From assembly GCA_002269645.1 (NCBI GenBank), contig NIVC01000945.1:310001-374000 (forward strand): a stretch of DNA of 64,000 nucleotides. Reading direction: 5' to 3'. Both the position numbers and the translations under genes were made by a program. The notes beneath the pieces are model-generated. The model searched no databases and had not been told where the DNA came from. It saw nothing but the letters and a program-made list of their open reading frames with translations. This DNA comes from Macrostomum lignano (Eukaryota). Below are positions 42,844-54,001 of the stretch, piece after piece. The number at the start of each line of letters is the position of its first letter. The stretch's first letter is position 1.

Positions 42844-44384
42844 GTCTGTCTGTAGTCCTACTGGAGTCAATGAGTCTTGAAGAATTGCTTTTCAGTGGGA
42901 GTTCTTGCCTGTCATTTGCCAGTGCAATGGAGGATTTTTATATTGATTTATTCTCCAAAATTGAGCAATATAGAACATATATATTAAATTAATGCAGCGA
43001 ATATTTTCTTCGAAACTGTCTTAATTATTTTTGTTTACTTCTTTTCAACGATTTCTTATGCGAAAGGCATGCTAACCAGGCAAGAAATTGGGGGAATGGG
43101 GAGGGGACTTGGGCCTCAACTTGTAGACCCCATTTTTCAGTGTCGCTTCCTGGGGAGCGCAGCGAGCCAATAGGATTCCCTGGCACAACCTGCCACTTCT
43201 AAGTTAAAGCTAAGTCTTTCGTTGACCTGAAATTAAAAAAAAAACGTAGCTCCAACGCAGCGCAGAGTATGCAATTTAGTAGATATAAAAAAGACCTCAG
43301 GTATATCACCTATCACCTTCGTAGTTCCATAGCCAAATTCAACGTTTCAGGGTATACTAGACCTTGACTTTCTAATCTTAAAAAATGAAATTCAATAAAT
43401 CATAGATATGAAAGATATTGACGGTTCGTTGAAATCCAAAACGCAAATTTGCACCCGAAATTGCAAGCTGAAAAAGTTACGTTAAGTCATGTTTAAGTTA
43501 GGTTTGTCGTAGACGGGTTTCACTATAGAATTCTACATGTAGCTCAGTAATGTAAATACAGCATAAGCACAATAATTAGCAAGCCTGGAGGCCTGGAGAA
43601 CTGCGGCAACAGCTATTCACCCATGCAGGTAGTTAGTGCCAACTAACTTTTCAGATCGAATGAGACCCGTATGCATTTAGGGCCGGAAGAAGAACCTTGA
43701 AAGAATTGGAGCAGCAGTTGCCGGTCAGGTTAGTTTAGGCTTTGCGCTTTGTTCTCAATTGCGAAACGAGTTGAGACGAGAATTTTTTGGGCTAAGGGGG
43801 GACAGGGCCACTGCGCGCGAGTTCAAATTCAAAAGGAAGGCGAGCTGCGACTTGCGCGGGCCATTCATGCGAGCCGCCGAAGACTGAAGTTCTTACAAAA
43901 GCTAATAAAGGTAATGCGGTGCGCGAATGGAGCAATCCTGCTTAATGGCATTTGAAATCTGCTCCGATTCTACCAAATGCGCCGCGCAGGAACTGGAGCT
44001 ATGCATATAATAATAGTATTATTAATATTATACAGGCATATAAGTTGGGCGCGCATGGCTGATTTTGAGTTGCTGTGCGCAGTCGCGCAGCCACCCGCCG
44101 AGCCTGCAAAGAGTTGAGAGAAGAACTGAAGAAGCAGCAAGCAAGAGAAGACCGTCCAAAACCGAAAGGAACGCGCATTGTGTGTGCATACATGCGTTTT
44201 GAGATGCGTTGACTATTCTGAATGAGTCAGACTGGCTGCATAGATCATATAATAGCTTTGTTAATTTGAGGGTAAATATACAAACTGGGTAGCTCTTATT
44301 TATTCGGATTTCGGAATGGGTCCACAAACACAATGTATTTATATATTGTATGCGCATACGATCGTACAGTATGCATACACTTCA

Positions 44385-45450
44385 TTTGATTTGATTTGCC
44401 ATTTCATTTGAGTGGGGCGCCAGTTCATTTGAGTTAGGCGCCATTTTATTTGAGTGGGGCGCCATTTCATTTGAGTTAGGCGCCATTTCATTTGAGTGGG
44501 GTGCCATTTCATTTGAGTTAGGCGCCATTTCATTTGAGTGGGGCGCCATTTCATTTGAGTGGGGCGCCATTTCATTTGAGTGGGGCGCCATTTCATTTGA
44601 GTGGGGTGCCATTTCATTTGAGTGGGGCGCCATTTCATTTGAGTGGGGCGCCATTTCATTTGAGTATGGCGCCATTTCATTTGAGTGGGGCGCCATTTCA
44701 TTTGAGTGGGGCGCCATTTCATTTGAGTTAGGCGCCATTTCATTTGATTGGGGCGCCATTTCATTTGAGTGGGGCGCCATTTCATTTGAGTTAGGCGCCA
44801 TTTCATTTGAGTGGGGTGCCATTTCATTTGAGTTAGGCGCCATTTCATTTGAGTGGGGTGCCATTTCATTTGAGTTAGGCGCCATTTCATTTGAGTGGGG
44901 TGCCATTTCATTTGAGTTAGGCGCCATTTCATTTGAGTGGGGCGCCATTTCATTTGAGTGGGGCGCCATTTCATTTGAGTGGGGCGCCATTTCATTTGAG
45001 TGGGGCGCCATTTCATTTGAGTGGGGTGCCATTTCATTTGAGTGGGGTGCCATTTTATTTGAGTAGGGTGCCATTTCACTTGAGTGGGGCGCCATTTCAT
45101 TTGAGTTAGGCGCCATTTCATTTGAGTGGGGTGCCATTTCATTTGAGTTAGGCGCATTTCATTTGATTGGGGCGCCATTTCATTTGAGTGAGGTGCCATT
45201 TCATTTGAGTTAGGCGCCATTTCATTTGAGTGGGGCGCCATTTCATTTGAGTGGGGCGCCATTTCATTTGAGTGGGGCGCCATTTCATTTGAGTGGGGCG
45301 CCATTTTATTTGAGTGGGGTGCCATTTCATTTGAGTGGGGTGCCATTTCATTTGAGTGGGGTGCCATTTCATTTGAGTGGGGCGCCATTTCATTTGAGTG
45401 GGGTGCCATTTTACTTGAGTTTGGCACCATTTCATTTAAGGAAGCGCCAT
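44385..45450. repeat. 21-bp array (GTGGGGCGCCATTTCATTTGA)
   Basis: Source of the MAPHSNE/TQMKWRP ORFs. Confidence 0.97.
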
Positions 45451-46019
45451 TCCACTTGAGTGAAGTGGCAAAACTCAGCCATATACTCGTAATTCTCAGT
45501 GTAAGCCATGAGGCATAGCCCCTGCCTCTACCCTCCCCCGGCACCCTTTGGGTACGCCGACATATGCTACATGCATGCACAGTACAAGACTGAGAAGAAG
45601 GGCCAAAAACAATATCCACCCAACCAAGAATAATTTTCACGTACGAATATACATTCTGATTGTATACACCAACATGTTGCAAGGAGCCAGTTGGGTTATA
45701 AAATATAACGATAAATTTTTCCATAAATTTTCACCCACGTGGCCGCGTGCACAAACACTGCATACACATTCTGTACCAAGCATTTGCTATAATCAGAAGG
45801 TAAAGAAAAACATGAAATGTAATTTTAGTCGATTCGGTCAGCACTAAAAAAACACGAGGGCATGAGAAAATAAAATAATGACTGCCTACACAACAAGCGC
45901 AGAGTCAATAAACTAAAATAGCACAGTCATTCAATAGCTGGCCTTTTCTAAAGCTTGTACACGTGATTTAACGGTAACCCCATTTAATCAATGAATTGTG
46001 AACATAGAAATGTTACATA

Positions 46020-49000
46020 CTTGCCCGCCAAGCTTTTCCCGCAGGAGATTTGCCGGCAAGAGATTTTCCCGCCGAGATTTGCCCGCCGAGATTTGCCCGC
46101 CGAGATTTTCCCGCCGAGATTTTCCCGCCGAGATTTTCCCGCCGAGATTTTCCCGCCGAGATTTTCCCGCCGAGATTTTCCCGCCGAGATTTTCCCGCCG
46201 AGATTTTCCCGCCGAGATTTTCCCGCCGAGATTTGCCCGCCGAGATTTGCCCGCCGAGATTTTCCCGCCGAGATTTTCCCGCCGAGATTTTCCCGCCGAG
46301 ATTTGCCCGCCGAGATTTGCCCGCCAAGCTTTTCCCGCCAAGCTTTTCCCGCAGGAGATTTGCAAGCCGGGCTTTTCCCGCCAAGCTTTTCCCGCCAAGC
46401 TTTTCCCGCAGGAGATTTGCAAGCCGGGCTTTTCCCGCCGAGCTTTTCCCGCCGAGATTTTCCCGCCAAGCTTTTCCCGCAGGAGATTTGCAAGCCGGGC
46501 TTTTCCCGCCAAGCTTTTCCCGCCAAGCTTTTCCCGCAGGAGATTTGGAAGCCGGGTTTTTCCCGCCGAGCTTTTCCCGCCGAGATTTTCCCGCCAAGCT
46601 TTTCCCGCAGGAGATTTTCCCGCCAAGATTTGCCCGCCGAGATTTGCCCACCGAGATTTGCCCGCCGATATTTGCGCGCCGAGATTTTCCCGCCGAGATT
46701 TTCCCGCCAAGCTTTTCCCGCAGGAGATTTTCCCGCTAAGCTTTTCCCGCAGGAGATTTTCCCGCTAAGCTTTTCCCGCAGGAGATTTTCCCGCTAAGCT
46801 TTTCCCGCAGGAGATTTTCCCACCAAGCTTTTCCCGCAGGAGATTTGCGCGCCGAGATTTTCCCGCCAAGCTTTTCCCGCAGGAGATTTGCGCGCCGAGA
46901 TTTTCTCGCCAAGCTTTTCCCGCAGGAGATTTGCGCGCCGAGATTTTCCCGCTAAGCTTTTCCTGCAGGAGATTTTCCCGCTAAGCTTTTCCCGCAAGAG
47001 ATTTTCCCGCCAAGCTTTTCCCGCAGGAGATTTTCCCGCTAAGCTTTTCCCGCAGGAGATTTTCCCACCAAGCTTTTCCCGCAGGAGATTTTCCCGCCAA
47101 GCTTTTCCCGCAGGAGATTTTCCCACCAAGCTTTTCCCGCAGGAGATTTGCGCGCCGAGATTTTCCCGCCAAGCTTTTCCCGCAGGAGATTTGCGCGCCG
47201 AGATTTTCCCGCCAAGCTTTTCCCGCAGGAGATTTGCGCGCCGAGATTTTCCCGCCAAGCTTTTCCCGCAGGAGATTTGCGCGCCGAGATTTTCCCGCCA
47301 AGCTTTTCCCGCAGGAGATTTGCGCGCCGAGATTTTCCCGCCAAGCTTTTCCCGCAGGAGATTTGCAAGCCGGGCTTTTCCCGCCAAGCTTTTCCCGCCA
47401 AGATTTTCCCGCCGAGATTTGTCCGCCGATATTTGCCCGCCGAGATTTGCCCGCAGGAGATTTGCCCGCAATGCTTTCTGTCAGCAGTGCATTGGGGGGG
47501 GGGGGCAATGCAGACGAAATCTGCCGCGTGGCTACGCTCGTAAATTTGCTGCAGGAAACACAGCATTGCGAGCAAATCTGGGCGGGAAAAGCTCAGCGGG
47601 AAAACCTTGGCGGGAAAATCTCCTGCGGTAAAAGCTTGGCGGGAAAATCTCCTGCGGGCAAAGCTTGGCGGGAAAATCTCCTGCGGGAAAAGCTTGGCGG
47701 GAAAATCTCGGCGGGAAAATCTCGGCGCGCAAATCTCCTGCGGGAAAAGCTTGGCGGGAAAATCTCGGCGGGAAAATCTCGGCGGGCAAATCTCGGTGGG
47801 AAAATCTCGGCGGGCAAATCTCGGCGGGAAAATCTCGGCGGGCAAATCTCCTGCGGGTAGGGGGCGACCGGGACGACCAAAGTCGGGCCCGGGTCGGGCC
47901 CGGGAATGAGGACTCGGGCCTGGGTCGGGCCTCGGGAATTCGGGACAAGATCTTTAGGACAGCTCAATAATTGGAAAAAATCATAATAAATCTTAATACT
48001 TTTAGCATATGCGGATTACTATTAAATATACAATAAATATATGAATTTTTAAATTTAATATAATATATTAAATGTATAATAAATATATGATAAACATCAA
48101 ATATATTATAATATATAAATACATTAAATATATAATAATATATAAATATAATAAATATTATTATTATTTAATACATTAGTTACGACTTCAGAATAGATAA
48201 GAGTTACATTAAAAGACTTAATACTCAAATATCAATATACTCAATAGTTCAAATTCAATGTCCCTGTGTGGCACAAGTACTGTGTGTGTGCCAATGACAA
48301 TGACACTAACAGGCAGTGAGGTAGGCAAGCAGGCACTGCGGCAGTGCGGCTGGCACTGGCAGTGGCAGTAATCAAAAAGAAGAAAAGCTGAAGCATTAAG
48401 TGTAAGGCACTTGGCATTGGAAGCAGTAAGGAAGTAAGAACCAAATCAATTGATTGATTCTTTTATTTGAATTTTTAGTTCCTTTACATAGCTTCAATGT
48501 AAAGAGCCATGTACACAGTCAGTATTCAGTAAGACAACAAGACAAGACAACAGAGCAGAACACAAATGAAGTGACAACACAACACAACACTCAACTGTCT
48601 CAACAGAACAGGCAAACAGACAATGGAAATACAAGTAATTAGCTGATACCTGCCTACCTGCTCACCTACCTACTTAAACGAATATGATTACGAATACGAT
48701 ACTACAAGTCTACGACTACGACTACCTACGATACAAATATGAACACGATTACAAACTCTAATAGATAGCAAACTTCTTGGAAAAATGGTTGCCTTGGCCC
48801 TTAATAGGTACTTCTTGGAATGTAAATAGGAAATGTTATTTACAAAAGCTTAAAAATGACAAATCAACTTTTTAAAGAATCATATTTTTGCTTTTAGGCT
48901 GCAGCCTGCAGCGTGTAAAGTGGAATCAATATTGCAAAAAAGTATTGCAAAACTGTTTTAATTTTATCTTCCTGGAAAAAATCCGATCTTCCTGGAAAGT

Positions 49001-49410
49001 GGAAACTGCTGTGGCTGACACTCACGGTCACAGACAGTTGCAGTTGCAGTTGCATTTTCCTGGGGCTGGAATTAAACGTAAATTAGTGTGAATATGTTGA
49101 AAAATAATTTTATTCTTATTCGCACGCGGTTAGTGCCTTTAGGGAAAAAAGACTTGTCCCGATTTCCCGACTTTTTTAGGGTCGGGCCCGGGCCCGGGTC
49201 GGGCCACGATTTTGGTCGGGATTCCCGACTTTTCGGGCCCGGGCCCGGGACTGGGTCGCCCCCTACCTGCGGGCAAATCTCGGCGGGAAAAGCTTGGCGG
49301 GAAAATATCGGCGGGCAAATCTCGGTGGAAAAATCTCGGCGGGCAAATCTCGGTGGGAAAATCTCGGCGGGCAAATCTCCTGCGGGCAAAGCTCGGCGGG
49401 AAAATCTCAT
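46020..49410. repeat. Foldback-like inverted satellite (TTTTCCCGCCGAGA / AAGCTTTTCCCGCAGGAGA units)
   Basis: One orientation 46020-47476, spacer about 47477-47562, opposite orientation 47563-47857 and 49266-49410. Confidence 0.85.
47858..49265. mobile_element. hAT-type non-autonomous element (1408 bp) inserted in a satellite
   Basis: Perfect 12-bp TIR TAGGGGGCGACC / GGTCGCCCCCTA; perfect 8-bp TSD CCTGCGGG (47850-47857, 49266-49273); subterminal GGGCCCGGGTCGGG motifs; no transposase ORF. Confidence 0.9.
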
Positions 49411-50261
49411 TGACCCGATTTTTCATTGTAGAATAGGTAATTTATGAAATCCTGATTACAATGTAGAACATTTTTATTGGAGGTCAGCGTCTCTAGGGGC
49501 CAGTACTAACAGGGGCTCACATCGGGACCGGTACAATATCGCGGTGCCATCGTGGGGGCGTAAAAATCAGCTGGCAACTGCATGGGCACGCGCCACCCTT
49601 GCTGTGAATTAGAAACGCCCAACCAGCTGGGCAAGGGCAAGAATTATGCATATTATACAGGTGCAGCTATCGGTAACTTAGACAATACTGCACGCGAACG
49701 AGCAATACAGAGTCCAATTGTCACGTGCAGTTTCAGCACCTAATCTGCATATCGTCACGTGAACTGGTGCGTCTGCTGTATAGCCTGCAGTGTGTTCATC
49801 GGGTCGAATTATAAACAGGCAGACAAAGTCTATACTATTTGTATAAGCTCTAATCTACATTATATAGCTTGAGAACTTCCGGTATTTACAAATCAAGTCA
49901 GCCGTCGCACCGTGCGCGAGGAAACATGATCATGGCGAATCGAGGACTGCGTATTATGCAATTAATTAGCGCAGAAATAAATGCGGGGATAGGCAACAAA
50001 CAAACTAATTAAACTAGTTGACAGAGATTATACAATTGCACGCAGTCAATGGAAGGGCGTCGCCGTGTGGGGAGGGGGGGCACAAAGGATTTTTGATTGA
50101 AAATTAATGTTCTCATGTTCTCAAAGGCAGTTTGCAAAATGATACAAGTCCAACCAATGATTTGAATTTACGGTGAATTGGCTTGAATTGGATGAAGACA
50201 TCGAGTTCCCCTCTGTTCCCGATGCTCCTTGACTGCATTGGCGACACCTAACGAGCTAACA

Positions 50262-51365
50262 GTAAAACTACGAAGGGGGGAATCCCCCTTGACAATTTTT
50301 TGCTGCGCCTTAACGGAGCAACGCAGGCACACGAAGTTCAAGAACACGGTGAATTTTTATGTTGCGCACCTTCTCAATTAAGAATCAAGTCGCCAGCCCT
50401 CCGGACCGTCGAGATATTCGACGATTCTGCTCGCCAGAATTTGGCTATATAGGCGCTAGTGTGTTCAGTACACCCCTGTGCGCCAATCAGCACTGCGCCT
50501 CAGTGCAGCCTTGCCAAGCCTCCAAATTTCATCAGCGCGTCGATCACATGTGTCTGCAACAGCTCTGACTTCGTTGATCACTGACCTTTACCGAAGCGGA
50601 ACTTCTGGGCCTTCAACAGGTGACACCGGGTGACTATATGGACACCCTGATGCGAATTTCTCAAGTTTCGCTGATCAAGCCTCGGCAGTGGGCAAACCTC
50701 GACTGCCGGACATCTTCAGCTAGTCTCTCAAGCATTAAGTCATCACCCCGACGCCGTCGGCACCTTGAAGGAGACAAAAACATGACTATGCCCACTGTCG
50801 AGGTTTGATCAACGAAACTCGGGAAATTCGCATCATAGTGCTCAAAGTCACCTGGTGTAATCGGTTGAAGTCGCCGACGGCGTCCGGGTGATGACTGAAT
50901 GTTTGAAAGACTAGCTGAGGATGTCCGCCAGTTGAGGTTTGCTCATTATTGAAGCTTGATAAAAAAATCTGACATAGTTCCAACAGGATGCCCATAGTCA
51001 CCTGGTGCCTGAAGGTGCCGACGGCGTCGGGGTGATGACTTAATGCTTGAGAGACAGACACATGTGATCGACGCGCTGATGAAATTTGGAGACTTGGCAA
51101 GGCTGCACTGAGGCGCAGTGCTGATTGGCGCACAGGGGTGTACTGAATACACTAGCGCTTATATAGCCAAACTCTGGCGAGCAGAATCATCGAATATCCC
51201 GACGGTCTGGAGGGCTGGCGACTTGATTCTTGTTCGAGACTAATTGAGAGTGTGCAAAAAAGTTCGCCGTGTTCTTAACTTGATCGTGTGCCTGTGTTGC
51301 TCCGTTCTGGCGCAGCAAGAAATTAACATGAGGGGTGGAGACATTCTTCCTCTTGGTAGTTCTAC
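50262..51365. mobile_element. 1.1-kb palindromic element (long-TIR MITE, unclassified)
   Basis: 50379-50555 is a near-perfect reverse complement of 51055-51231; looser identity extends to about 50262/51365; extra internal inverted blocks; no clear TSD. Confidence 0.75.
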
Positions 51366-52244
51366 GGGCGGAAAATGGCCGTTGGTATTCATGTTAATCA
51401 GCGCATATACGTACATGTACCTGCACTGCGCCTGCAAGAAAGTTAAAATAATAATTTTAGCATATAAATATAGAAAAATAAGTATATTCTACCTAATTTT
51501 ACCGAAATAAAGGTCGAGCACTACTTATAGCCTAATTTTGAATAAGAAAGGAGTTTTTCTGTAAGTGCCGCAGCAGCGATCTCCACTCTATTCTGTTAAG
51601 TAGTGCACGTACATATACGGGCGTACGAAACGAAAGAAAAGCACATATAATAAAACTAAGAAACTGATCGATGTATGTAAACTCAGCTCGTAATCGACAT
51701 GTACATATGTATGCGTAGAAATAATTAATATGTACGCGTACACGTGGACGCATTTTACAATTAAGTTGTGCACAGCTAATAAAGTAAGCTTTAGACAAGC
51801 ATTTTAGCTAATTCCGAGCGTGTACATGCAACATTATATTGTAATACTGTTGACAAGCATTTTAACTGTATGCAGCATGCCTGTATGCACGATTGTCATA
51901 TCTTATCTAAATCGCCAATTATAGACTTCTCTATATACACTACTACACTTCGTGCAACATGTAAGTTAATTTATAGCCTTGTACATGTACGGCTCGTTTG
52001 TGTTACATGTATCACATGTGTTACATGTGTTACATGCAGCTGCAGTATATAATGAATACATTTAGATCTAGAATGAAGCTATCTAGGTGAACTCAAGGTT
52101 ATCAAACAAGCAAGCGGTGAAATGCATTAAGTAGGCTGTTAAATGTAGCAACTGACGAAATTTATGTATATGCAGCATACGCGCACTCGTGACCTTGACC
52201 ATCAAATAAAGCTCTCGCTTATATTAGCTGCATTGGCATTTCAA

Positions 52245-52665
52245 ATGTAGCAACTGGTGTAATGCAGCATTTCAAATGTAGCAACTGGTGTAATGCAGCC
52301 TTTCAGATGTAGCAACTGGTGTAATGCAGCCTTTCAGATGTAGCAACTGGTGTAATGCAGCCTTTCAGATGTAGCAACTGGTGTAATGCAGCAGCCGTTC
52401 AAATGTAGCAACTGGTGTAATGCAGCCTTTCAGATGTAGCAACTGGTGTAATGCAGCCTTTCAAGTGTAGCAACTGGTGTAATGCAGCCTTTTAAATGTA
52501 GCAACTGGTGTAATGCAGCAGCCTTTCAAATGTAGCAACTGGTGTAATGCAGCAGCCTTTCAAATGTACATGTAGCAAATGGTATAATGTAGTCCAGTAG
52601 CCTTTAAAATGTAGCGACTGGTAAAATCAGCAGCCTATCAAATGTAGTAGGTGGTGTAATGCAGA
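52245..52665. repeat. About 30-bp array (TCAAATGTAGCAACTGGTGTAATGCAGCCT)
   Basis: Downstream of the SR gene. Confidence 0.93.
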
Positions 52666-53582
52666 GCTTCAGGTAGTGCTGTCCAAAAGTTTCATAAGAC
52701 TCCTAATTCACTGCACTCTTAAATGGGAAGACCAAGCGATAATTAAATGTTTTAATGCATACTGCAAAGGAAAACTAGTATAAACACATGCTCAAGGTCA
52801 AGGCAACGCAATCAGTTAGTGCCTACGCTCTATTTCAAATCGATTTCAAAAATCGATAACAATTGATCACACAAGAAAATATAAATAACAACGGAATAAA
52901 CGAAACTCTTGAATATTGAGGGGAAAAAGCACAGCTTAATAACACGGCAAAAATAAGGTAGTTAAAGGCAGAAAAAAATGAAAAACTTGAATATAGCACA
53001 CAAGGATGAATAGCAAAAAGCAAACGTCGAATGTAACAATAAGGTCACTAAGTGTGTACCATCAATAACTTTTGGGTTTAGTACTAAGATTTCAGAAATA
53101 CTTCCTTTAAAAGGAAACACAAATAAGACGTCTTATAGTCTACTTTGAGTAGCACACATTAGTAATGCACCATAATAGAGTAATTTCAGCAGTCTTGAAG
53201 TCAGAATGTTTGTATAATTGAATATTGGCAAACAGGTTACTAAAAGCCTTACTGAGCGAAATTAAAATGCAAACGCTGAAATTCTATTTTAATTTCTATA
53301 TAATAATTAGTATGCACTGATTTCCATTAAGCACACAGAAGGCAAGTAGATCGGAAACATTTAAATAAGCCAGCACACCGAGAGCCGACACACCTGGATA
53401 TAATATGTCAATAGTACCTTAATGAATTACTCTGTAACTGACAAAATATCAATAAAAATTTGGCGAAATACAAAGCATCGAGTGGGAAAAACCATAAAAT
53501 GATAGCTTGGATAATGTCTGGTATTGTCCATTTGGCAGAAAATATCAAACGAATAACAATTCAGAAACTTCTATTAAGAATC

Positions 53583-54001
53583 CTAACGAGACTCCAGTCT
53601 CGACGGTGAATTAGATCGCGACCGTTCGATCGAGCGCAAATCTCGTTCGAATTTGCGTCCAAACCTTGATCTAGACCTAGACCTAGACATCGACCTGGAC
53701 ACCGATCGCTTATAAGACTGAGAACCGTCCACAGATGGCGAAGTGGACGGACTCACACGAATAATTGGCTCAATGTGTCGTCTCCTCATGGGTACGAACT
53801 CGCGTCTACGAGAACGCGACCGCTCAATTTGCGGTCGGCGATGCGCCTGCTCAGATGATCTGTATTGGTCTCGGGGATGCCTGCCGGCATTGCCAAACGA
53901 AGACCGATGCTGATGATAGCTTCTATACGAACGGCCGCGATAGTCTCGACTACTTTGAAATCGGCGTCGAACATCTCTTCGGTGCTGCATTTCAGCTGGC
54001 G
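53583..54001 (-). CDS. SRSF10: SRSF10-like terminal exon (RS domain)
   Basis: aaacag|CG acceptor in phase 1; RS/SP dipeptide-rich; TAG 53583-53585. Confidence 0.85.

Noticed and set aside
46020-47860. TCCCGCAGGA in the satellite as EBF sites
   Set aside because: Mismatch in the GGGA half-site; similarity is probably coincidental.
50053-50250. Short GGGCGTCGCC...TGGCGACACC fragment like the MITE TIR
   Set aside because: Degenerate ends and no TSD.
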